Source of the DNA: Marivibrio sp.
Lineage (GTDB): Bacteria; Pseudomonadota; Alphaproteobacteria; UBA8366; Aestuariispiraceae
Assembly (NCBI RefSeq): GCF_040218065.1
Contig: NZ_JAVJQE010000013.1
Span: 590,457 to 654,456 of the forward strand
Direction of reading: 5' to 3'
DNA: 64,000 nucleotides
Shown: piece by piece, positions 54,953 to 64,000 of the stretch
Layout of the letters: every line of letters begins with the position of its first letter
Numbering within the stretch: the first letter of the stretch is position 1
Notes under the pieces: model-generated
Databases searched by the model: none
The model's input: the letters and a program-made list of their open reading frames with translations, nothing else
Told to the model about the DNA's origin: nothing
Program-made: the position numbers and the translations under genes

Positions 54953-56443
54953 ATGAATGACGCCGCACCGGCCGATCCCGCCGACTGGACCCCCGACCTG
55001 TCGCACGCGCCCGGGCCGAAATACGCGGCCATCGCCGACCGCCTGGCGGCGGACGTGCGCGACGGGCGGCTGTCCGAAGGCGCGAAACTGCCGCCGCAAC
55101 GCGATCTCGCCTGGCGCCTTGGCGTCACGGTCGGCACCGTGACCCGCGCCTATCAGGAGGCGGAGCGCCGCGGCCTGATCGGCGGCGAAGTCGGACGCGG
55201 CACCTTCGTGCGCCCGCGCGCCGCGCGCTTCCAGGCGATGCTGGGGGATCCCGGCGCCGCGTCCGCGACGCCCGGCCCCGGCAACCCTTGGGCGGCGGGC
55301 GACCCCGCGATCGAGGATTCGATCGAAGGGCCGGAAGCCGGTCCGATCCCGCTGCAGTCGAACGTGCCGCCGCCGGCGTCCGAGGGGCGGCTTTTTCGCA
55401 GCACGCTTGCCGCCATGGCCGAAGCCCCGGGAATGGGCGATCTCCTGACCTATCATCCGAAGAACGCCGCCGCGCGCTTCCGCCGCGCCGGCGTCGACTG
55501 GCTGAGCCGGCGCGGGGTCGAGGTCCTGGAGGAGGATTTGGCGCTCACCGCCGGCGCCCATAACGGGCTGGCGGCGACCTTCGCCACGGTCCTGAAGCCC
55601 GGCCAGAAGGTGCTGGCCGAGGCGCTCGCCTATCCGGGGATCAAGACGGTGGCGAAGCTGCTCGACCTGGAGCTCGTCCCCGGGACGATCGACGCGTACG
55701 GGTTGACAGTCGACGCCGTCGCCACGGCCGCCGCCGCCGGGCGGATCGACGCCGTCTACATCGTCCCCACGCTGCAGAACCCGACCAACGCCGTCATGCC
55801 GGAAGAGCGGCGCATCGAGATCGCCGGTCTGTGCGAACGCTACGAAATCCCGCTAATCGAAGACGACATCTGCGGCCTGTTCCCGGCCGATGCGCCGCGG
55901 CCTGCGACGGTCCACGCACCCAAGATGGGCTATCTCGTCACCTCGCTCTCCAAGACCTTGGCGCCGGGCTTGCGCATCGGCTTCGTGAAGACCCCGCACC
56001 GTATGCGCGACTACGTCGCCGCCTCGGTCCGGGCAAGCACCTGGATGGCCTCGCCGATCACGGCGGAAATCGCGGCGCGCTGGATCGAAGGCGGCGGCGC
56101 GGACGCGATCCTGGAGGAGCGGCGCGCGGCGTTGGCGCGCCGACGGGCGGTCGCCACCGAAATCTTCGAAGGGTGCGACTACGCCATGCCGGAAGGAGCG
56201 CTGCATCTCTGGCTCACCCTGCCGCCGCATTGGCGCGCCAGCCAATTCGTCGCCGCCGCGGCGGCCCAGGACGTGATGCTGACCGCCGCCCACGCCTTCA
56301 CCATCGGCGACGCCCCCTCCCCCGGCGCGGTGCGCGTGTGCCTGGGCGGACCGCGCGCGGAAGAACGCCTGGTCCAGGGTCTGACGCGCCTGCGCCGCAT
56401 CCTGGACGAACAGGACCCGCTGGCCGAAGCGGAAGTGATGTGA
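54953..56443 (+). CDS. MocR/GabR-type regulator (GntR HTH fused to aminotransferase-fold domain)
   Basis: KLPPQRDLAWRLGVTVGTVTRAYQEAERRGLI HTH. NPTN and SLSKTLAPGLRIGF (PLP-Lys). Confidence 0.88.
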   Translation: MNDAAPADPADWTPDLSHAPGPKYAAIADRLAADVRDGRLSEGAKLPPQRDLAWRLGVTVGTVTRAYQEAERRGLIGGEVGRGTFVRPRAARFQAMLGDPGAASATPGPGNPWAAGDPAIEDSIEGPEAGPIPLQSNVPPPASEGRLFRSTLAAMAEAPGMGDLLTYHPKNAAARFRRAGVDWLSRRGVEVLEEDLALTAGAHNGLAATFATVLKPGQKVLAEALAYPGIKTVAKLLDLELVPGTIDAYGLTVDAVATAAAAGRIDAVYIVPTLQNPTNAVMPEERRIEIAGLCERYEIPLIEDDICGLFPADAPRPATVHAPKMGYLVTSLSKTLAPGLRIGFVKTPHRMRDYVAASVRASTWMASPITAEIAARWIEGGGADAILEERRAALARRRAVATEIFEGCDYAMPEGALHLWLTLPPHWRASQFVAAAAAQDVMLTAAHAFTIGDAPSPGAVRVCLGGPRAEERLVQGLTRLRRILDEQDPLAEAEVM

Positions 56444-56474
56444 GGGCGGGGTGATGTAAGGCGGCGGCGCGCCG

Positions 56475-57839
56475 TCAGGCCGACGCGCCGACCCGTTCGA
56501 TCGCCGCGGCGACGTCGCCGATGACGGCGTCGATCAAGGCGCGGTCGTCGGCTTCCGCCATCACGCGGATCACCGGCTCGGTCCCCGACGGCCGGATGAC
56601 GAGGCGCCCGGCCTCGCCCAGCCGGTCGGCGCCCGCTTCGATCGCCTGCTTGACGGCGGCGTCGTCGAGCGGCCGGCTGCCGCGCTCGAACCGGACATTG
56701 TGCAGGCGTTGAGGGACCGGCTCGAACTGCCGGCCCAGCGCGCTCATCGGCAGGCCGCCGGCGACCATCACCGCCAACACCTGGAGGGCCGCCACCAGCC
56801 CGTCGCCGGTGGTGCCGTAGTCGCCGAGCACGATGTGCCCGGATTGCTCTCCGCCCAGGTTGGAGCCGCCTTCGCGCATCGCCTCCACCACATAGCGATC
56901 GCCGACCTTCGTGCGGCGCAGCCCGACGCCGCGATCGGCCAGGAAGCGCTCCAGCCCCAGGTTCGACATGACGGTCGCCACCACGGGTCCGCGCAACCGC
57001 CCGGCTTCGGCCCAGCTCCGCGCGATCAGCGCCATCAGCTGGTCGCCGTCGACGATGGAGCCATGTTCGTCGCACACGATCAGCCGGTCCGCGTCGCCGT
57101 CGAGCGCGAGGCCGAGATCGGCGCCGTGGGCGACCACCCGCTCGCACATCGCATCCGGGGCCGTGGCGCCGCAATCGCGGTTGATATTGGCCCCGTCGGG
57201 CTGAACGGCGATTGGAATCACCTCCGCGCCGAGTTCGTGGAAGACCACGGGCGCCACGCGATAGGCCGCGCCGTGCGCGCAGTCGACGACGATCTTCAGC
57301 CCGTCGAGACGCAGCGATTTCGGGAAGGTCGCCTTCACGAATTCGATGTAGCGGCCGGGCGCGTCCTCCAACCGCTTGGCGCGGCCGAGCGCGTGCGGCT
57401 CCGCCGGCGCGGCCGGCGCGCCGTCGTCGAGGCCGTCGTCCATCATGCGCTCGATCGCCGCCTCGGTTTCGTCGTTCAGCTTGTAGCCGTCGGGGCCGAA
57501 GAGCTTGATGCCGTTGTCCTGATAGGGATTGTGCGAGGCGGAGATCATCACCCCCAGATCGGCGCGCAGCGAGCCCGTCAGCATCGCGACCGCCGGCGTC
57601 GGCAGCGGCCCCAGCAACATCACGTCCATGCCCATGGAAATGAAGCCGGCGGTCAGCGCCGGTTCCAGCATATAGCCGGAGAGCCGGGTGTCCTTGCCGA
57701 TGACCACGCGGTGCCGGTGATCGCCGCGGCGGAACTGCGCGCCGGCCGCGACGGCCAGCCGCAGCGCCACCTCCGGCGTGATCGGCCAGCAGTTCGCCGT
57801 GCCCCGCATGCCGTCGGTTCCGAAATATTTTCGCGTCAT
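56475..57839 (-). CDS. glmM: phosphoglucosamine mutase
   Basis: [22 protein letters not shown] (phosphoserine loop), DGDADR and GGEQSGH. Confidence 0.97.
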   Translation of the reverse strand: MTRKYFGTDGMRGTANCWPITPEVALRLAVAAGAQFRRGDHRHRVVIGKDTRLSGYMLEPALTAGFISMGMDVMLLGPLPTPAVAMLTGSLRADLGVMISASHNPYQDNGIKLFGPDGYKLNDETEAAIERMMDDGLDDGAPAAPAEPHALGRAKRLEDAPGRYIEFVKATFPKSLRLDGLKIVVDCAHGAAYRVAPVVFHELGAEVIPIAVQPDGANINRDCGATAPDAMCERVVAHGADLGLALDGDADRLIVCDEHGSIVDGDQLMALIARSWAEAGRLRGPVVATVMSNLGLERFLADRGVGLRRTKVGDRYVVEAMREGGSNLGGEQSGHIVLGDYGTTGDGLVAALQVLAVMVAGGLPMSALGRQFEPVPQRLHNVRFERGSRPLDDAAVKQAIEAGADRLGEAGRLVIRPSGTEPVIRVMAEADDRALIDAVIGDVAAAIERVGASA

Positions 57840-58049
57840 GCCAACCGCTCCGTGCTGCAGTCCCCTCTATGCGCCGGAGTCGCCGATGATTCAAGGCGTT
57901 GCGGGCGCGCGCGGCGGAGGCGGGCGCAGCCGACGCTCGGTCTTTATTCGTGTTTTTCGATTATCATTTTTATTATACTCTTTTTACGTGCTTTACGAAA
58001 CTGACGCCGTGCAACGCTCTGCACGCTGACAAAGGGGAGGATCGCCGCC

Positions 58050-59894
58050 ATGGTCTATCAGGTTCCGCCGCGCAAGGACGGGCCGCGCGCGCTCGCCGCG
58101 TCCGCCGAGAAGACCTACTACAGCTACGTCGACACCCCGGGCTTCTCGTACGCCCATTGGATGGACTCCTGCGACGGCCCGATCGGCGCCGTCGATCCCG
58201 CCTCCGCCGAGAAGGCGGCCGTGATCGGGGCCGGTCTGGCCGGTCTGGCGGCGACTTACGAACTGCTGCGCGCCGGCGTCGACGTCACCCTGTTCGAGGC
58301 GAGCGATCGGATCGGTGGGCGCCTCTACTCCAAAAGTTTCTTCGACGATTCCAAAGATCTGGCGGAGCTCGGCGCCATGCGCTTCCCGCCCTCGGAGGAG
58401 TTGCTGTTCCGCTACATCGATCAGTTCGGGATCCGCACCACCCCCGACTTCCCCGATCCCGGCGCGGTGGAGACGCTGGTTTCTTATCAGGGTGATCAGT
58501 ACACATTCACCAACAAGCGCGATCAGAACGTGCCGGAGCCCTTCAAGGCGCTCTCCCACGCGTGGGGCGCCTTCCTCAAGGACGGCGCGTCCGTGGCGAT
58601 CGCCGACGCGGAGGGCCGGGAGCGGACCGTCACGCTCGCCCCGCCGGACAAGATCGCCGCCGCGCTGACCTTTACGAGCGCCATGGAGAAGCATGAGGCG
58701 GAGGTCGATCCGGTCGCGGCCTGGAAGACCTATATCGAGGTCTTCGCCAACAAGAGCCTCTATGACGGGCTGATGCTGATCTTCAGCGGGCCGAACCCGC
58801 CGGGCGGCAAGCCGTGGGCCGTGCCGGACGATTACGAGCGCTTCGCGGCGCTGGGCGCCGGCTTCGGCGGCTTCGGGCCGCTCTACCAAGTGGGTTTCCT
58901 CGACATCCTGCGCCTGATGGTGAACGGGCTGGAGACCGACCAGCGCTTCATCCCCGGCGGCGTCCATCAGATCGCCCAGCATCTCTATGAGGCGGCGGTG
59001 ACGCCGCCCGGCGGCGCCGCAACCTCGGTCCAGGCGCACACCCATCTCAACAGCCGCTGCACCGGGATCTATCTCGCCGACGGGGGCGGCCGCCTCGTGC
59101 TGTTGGGAGAGGACGGCGCGCCGCTGCCGGACGGGCCCTACGGGCGCGTCATCATGGCGACGACCCATCGCTCGATGGAGATCGACGGCAAGCTCGGCCT
59201 GTTCAACGGCTTCGAGGATCCCCAGCACGGCGCGCTCTCGCCCGGCCTGGAGACGCAGCCCGCCGCCGGCGTCTGCGATCTGCACATCATGAACTCCAGC
59301 AAGGTCTTCCTGCGGACCGAGACCCAGTTCTGGAAGACCCTAAAGGAGCCCGTGCGCTGCATCCTGAGCGACACGCTCTCCACCAATCTCTACACCCTCG
59401 ACTACCACGAGACGACGGGCGTGGTTCTGGTCTCCTACGTCTGGGGCGATCAGTCGATCAAGCAGCTGACCTTCCAGGACAAGAGGGCGCGGCTCGAGAT
59501 GCTGCGCGCGGCGCTGGCGCCCGTGGCGCCCGACTTCGCGCGCGAACTGCACCCGAAGGACGGCGACTATGAGGCCAACGTCCAGATGATCGATTGGGAG
59601 CTGGAGCCCGGCTATTTCGGCGCCTTCAAGCTGAACCGCCCCGGACAGAACCACTATGTCCAGGACCTCTTCTTCGACTTCCAGAAAGTGAAGAACGACC
59701 CGCAGACGGCCCGCGTCTTCGTCGCCGGCGACAGCGTGTCCTGGGTCGGCGGCTGGACCGAAGGCGCGCTGCAGACCGCAATGAACGCGGCCGTCGGCGT
59801 GCTGGCGGCGATGGGCGGCAAGGTCTTCGGCGGCGCGAAGACCCCCCTCACCCTCGACGCCGACCTCTACGACTACACCAACCGGCAGGCGTGA
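58050..59894 (+). CDS. flavin-dependent amine oxidase family protein, tryptophan/lysine 2-monooxygenase-like
   Basis: AAVIGAGLAGLAATYELLRAGVDVTLFEASDRIGGR dinucleotide fold. AELGAMRFPPSEE resembles IaaM-type enzymes. SD is AAAGGGGAGGA. Confidence 0.85.
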   Translation: MVYQVPPRKDGPRALAASAEKTYYSYVDTPGFSYAHWMDSCDGPIGAVDPASAEKAAVIGAGLAGLAATYELLRAGVDVTLFEASDRIGGRLYSKSFFDDSKDLAELGAMRFPPSEELLFRYIDQFGIRTTPDFPDPGAVETLVSYQGDQYTFTNKRDQNVPEPFKALSHAWGAFLKDGASVAIADAEGRERTVTLAPPDKIAAALTFTSAMEKHEAEVDPVAAWKTYIEVFANKSLYDGLMLIFSGPNPPGGKPWAVPDDYERFAALGAGFGGFGPLYQVGFLDILRLMVNGLETDQRFIPGGVHQIAQHLYEAAVTPPGGAATSVQAHTHLNSRCTGIYLADGGGRLVLLGEDGAPLPDGPYGRVIMATTHRSMEIDGKLGLFNGFEDPQHGALSPGLETQPAAGVCDLHIMNSSKVFLRTETQFWKTLKEPVRCILSDTLSTNLYTLDYHETTGVVLVSYVWGDQSIKQLTFQDKRARLEMLRAALAPVAPDFARELHPKDGDYEANVQMIDWELEPGYFGAFKLNRPGQNHYVQDLFFDFQKVKNDPQTARVFVAGDSVSWVGGWTEGALQTAMNAAVGVLAAMGGKVFGGAKTPLTLDADLYDYTNRQA

Positions 59895-59915
59895 GGGGGG
59901 TGATCGCCGAAGGTT

Positions 59916-60048
59916 CGACCGCCGGCGCCTCGCCGCACCATCCCCTCACCCTTCCCTTATAAAGTGGGCGAGCGGTATTCCTCTTCTCCCTCTCCCCTTC
60001 AGAGGGGAGGGGGTCGGGGTGAGGCGCTGCAAGTCCGACCGCCGGCGC
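59916..60048. repeat. composite palindromic element (family-2 REP hairpin) bracketed by 13-bp direct repeats
   Basis: CGACCGCCGGCGC occurs at 59916-59928 and 60036-60048. Central hairpin CCCTCTCCCC-ttcaga-GGGGAGGGGG at 59988-60013. Outer imperfect inverted repeat CCTCACCC / GGGGTGAGG. Confidence 0.7.
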
Positions 60049-60054
60049 TCGCAA

Positions 60055-60087
60055 GAAAAAAGGCCCGATCCGCTGAGGATCGGGCCT
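60055..60087 (-). terminator. rho-independent terminator of ftsH (weakly bidirectional)
   Basis: AGGCCCGATCC-gctga-GGATCGGGCCT, with TTTTTT following on the minus strand. Lies 29 nt past the ftsH stop. Confidence 0.75.
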
Positions 60088-60115
60088 TTCTCGCATCGTC
60101 GCAGACGGGGCGGGG

Positions 60116-62065
<1,950 letters not shown>

Positions 62066-62330
62066 GAGCCAAAGCCTCTCGTCGTTCGAACCGGGGCGTT
62101 GTCGTCAAGCTACGCTCGAAGGAGCGTCTCGCCCGGATCATGGGGCGCGCGCCGCCGCCGCGCGCCGTCAAAACAGTCTCGCCCCCAGCCGCCTGCAGCG
62201 GACCCTCGCATTAAACGCGTTTCAGGCCCCTGCGTCCAGCGAAGCGGCCCGGCGACGCCCGTTCGGACGGCGCGCCGCCGGCGCTCAAGGTAAATAGGGC
62301 CGCCCGCCGCCTGAGAAAAGAGCGCCGGCC

Positions 62331-63683
62331 TCAGCAATTCACGCGCACCGCTTCCGGCCCGGCGAAGCGCAGCGCGAGAACCGCCGGACAATCGACCGGC
62401 GGGGCGAGATGCGGCGCGCCGAGCGGCTCGGCCGCGGCCTCTCCCGCCGCGAGCGGCTCCTCGCGCCGCCACACCGCCGGCAAGCAGAGCCTGACCGGGC
62501 CGGGAAGCGCCGCACCCGCCCGGGCTGCGGCGGGATTCCGGCGGCGCAGATGCGACCACCCGTCGCGGCCGAGCGCGCGGACTTCCAGACGCGGATCGGC
62601 GCACGCGAAGCGCAGGGCGAACCGGCCGTCCCACAACAGCTGCGGGGCCAATGCCGCGCGCTCGGTGACCTGGGCCGGCTCGCGGTGGATCAACAGGCGC
62701 CCGTCGCGTCGCGGCGCGATCCGCACCCCGGCTAGAGTGCGCCCGCCGCCGATCGAGCCTGCGCCCAGCGCGCCGTAGAGCCGCTCCAACCGCTCCAGGC
62801 GCGGCGGATAGACCTGGCCGCCGACCCGGCGGATCAGGCCCGCCAGCGCCCTGAGGCCGATTTCCTCCGGCGCGCGCAGCAGGGCCTCGCGATCGAGCGT
62901 CGCGAAGCCGGCGGCGTCGAACGCGGCGGCGGCGTCGACGAGCCGGGCCGCCTCCCCCTCCAGCGCCGCGCGGGCGCGCGCCATGCGCCCCGCCGTGTCC
63001 GCCAGCCGTCGCGGCGTTAATCCGAGCGCCGCCAAATCGTCCGCCCGCTCGCGCACACGTACGCGGGCGAAGCGCGGATCGCAGTTGCTGGGATCGTCGA
63101 CCGATTGAAGTCCCGCCGCCGCAACTGTCGCGGTCAGCCGCGCCTTCGGGATATCCAAAAGCGGCCTGACGACGCGCACGCCGCCCCAATCCAGCGCCGG
63201 CGCCATCGCGGCCAGGCCGTCGACGCCGCTGCCGCGCGCAAGGCGCAGCAGGAACGTCTCCGCCTGGTCCTCAAGATGATGGGCGAGCGCGAGAACGCCG
63301 AGGCCCGCCTCCGCGCAAGCGGCGAGCAGCAGGCGATAGCGCAGCCGGCGCGCCCACCCCTGCACGTCGCTGGCGGGCGGTGCGGCGCCGGGGTCGCGCA
63401 GCACCGCGGCGCTCACCCTGGCGCGCTCGAGCCGCGCGCGCACGCTCTCGGCCTCGGCGGCGGCCTCTGGGCGCAGCCCGTGATCGACGATGAAGGCCTT
63501 CAGGGGCGCGCCGCGTGCCTGCGCCCAGTCGCGCGCCAACAGCGCCAGCGCCAAGCTGTCCGGCCCGCCGGAACAGGCGACCGCCAACCCGACGGGGGGG
63601 CCTGCCGCCGGCAGGCAGGCGGCGAGCGCATTCCCGAACTGCGCGGGATCGACGGGACCAGGGCGCGCGGCCGCGGAGGTCAC
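62331..63683 (-). CDS. tilS: tRNA(Ile)-lysidine synthetase
   Basis: LAVACSGGPDSLAL PP-loop motif. GTG start at 63683 is inferred from the 4-nt overlap (GTGA) with the ybgF stop. Conserved ybgF-tilS-ftsH order. Confidence 0.85.
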   Translation of the reverse strand: MTSAAARPGPVDPAQFGNALAACLPAAGPPVGLAVACSGGPDSLALALLARDWAQARGAPLKAFIVDHGLRPEAAAEAESVRARLERARVSAAVLRDPGAAPPASDVQGWARRLRYRLLLAACAEAGLGVLALAHHLEDQAETFLLRLARGSGVDGLAAMAPALDWGGVRVVRPLLDIPKARLTATVAAAGLQSVDDPSNCDPRFARVRVRERADDLAALGLTPRRLADTAGRMARARAALEGEAARLVDAAAAFDAAGFATLDREALLRAPEEIGLRALAGLIRRVGGQVYPPRLERLERLYGALGAGSIGGGRTLAGVRIAPRRDGRLLIHREPAQVTERAALAPQLLWDGRFALRFACADPRLEVRALGRDGWSHLRRRNPAAARAGAALPGPVRLCLPAVWRREEPLAAGEAAAEPLGAPHLAPPVDCPAVLALRFAGPEAVRVNC

Positions 63684-64000
63684 GAGCAACCGAGCTTTTC
63701 GGCCTCCGACCGGCCGGTGGACAGGATTCGCTCGCTCGCGTTTCCGTCCTGCGCCAGCGTCGAGAAGGCCTGGCAGGCGGCGTCCTGCTTGCCGAGCGCG
63801 CCGAGCGACATGGCGAGCTTCAAGAGGCTGTGGCTCGCCTTGTCGTTCTGCGGATAGCCGGTGTAGGCGTCGAGGAAGGTGGCGGCCGCGTCCCGGTAGT
63901 TCTCCCGCGCGTAATAGGTTTCGCCCAGCCAATACATCGCATTGCCCGCAAGCCCGCTGTCGCCGTGCTTGTCGACGAAGCTGCGCATCGCCTGCTCGGC
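63680..64000 (-). CDS. ybgF: Tol-Pal system protein YbgF/CpoB, C-terminal TPR part (5' end beyond the window)
   Basis: AMYWLGETYYARENYRDAAATFLDAYTGYPQNDKASHSLLKLAMSL is the typical YbgF TPR region. The frame stays open to the right edge. Confidence 0.8.
   Translation of the reverse strand, partial: AEQAMRSFVDKHGDSGLAGNAMYWLGETYYARENYRDAAATFLDAYTGYPQNDKASHSLLKLAMSLGALGKQDAACQAFSTLAQDGNASERILSTGRSEAEKLGCS

Noticed and set aside
57840-60115. Calling the IaaM-like locus a genomic island or mobile element
   Set aside because: No integrase, transposase or tRNA anchor, and the gene's GC and codon usage look native. Only the orientation, the AT-rich upstream patch and the flanking repeat suggest insertion. 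It is therefore reported as a finding, not annotated as a mobile element.

Overview
High-GC (about 65%) chromosomal segment with alphaproteobacterial gene order. It is mostly core housekeeping: rpsF-rpsR-rplI-dnaB, alr, mlaEF, radA-cvpA-purF, yfgM-like/bamB/der, map, radC, cls, glmM, and ftsH-tilS-ybgF. I found no rRNA, tRNA, CRISPR array, transposase, integrase or recognisable defence gene, so I cannot point to a clear-cut novel multi-gene system. All calls come from reading the ORF translations and DNA by eye, with no searches run. Start codons were chosen by SD or overlap logic and are less certain than stops. Accessory or unusual content worth a second look:
- A low-GC orphan pentapeptide-repeat protein at the left edge, next to the rpsF operon.
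- A translationally coupled gntR / acyl-CoA ligase / OXC-HACL-like ThDP enzyme operon with a perfect 16-bp palindrome in its promoter.
- A dense GANTC cluster upstream of a compact gcrA-like gene.
- A GGT-fold lipoprotein that appears to lack the Thr nucleophile.
- An orphan secreted 543-aa protein with a lone C-terminal CxxCH.
- A homogentisate-type aromatic catabolic cluster (maiA, short-type hmgA, FAH, atypical MBL, FAD monooxygenase plus DUF2783, MarR) with palindromic operator candidates.
- A short tyrosinase followed by a separate small gene that looks like the plant-PPO C-terminal (KFDV-type) shielding domain.
- An IaaM-like flavin amine oxidase inserted in opposite orientation into the glmM-ftsH block, with an AT-rich upstream stretch and a palindromic repeat element downstream.
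- Two small families of REP-like intergenic hairpins.
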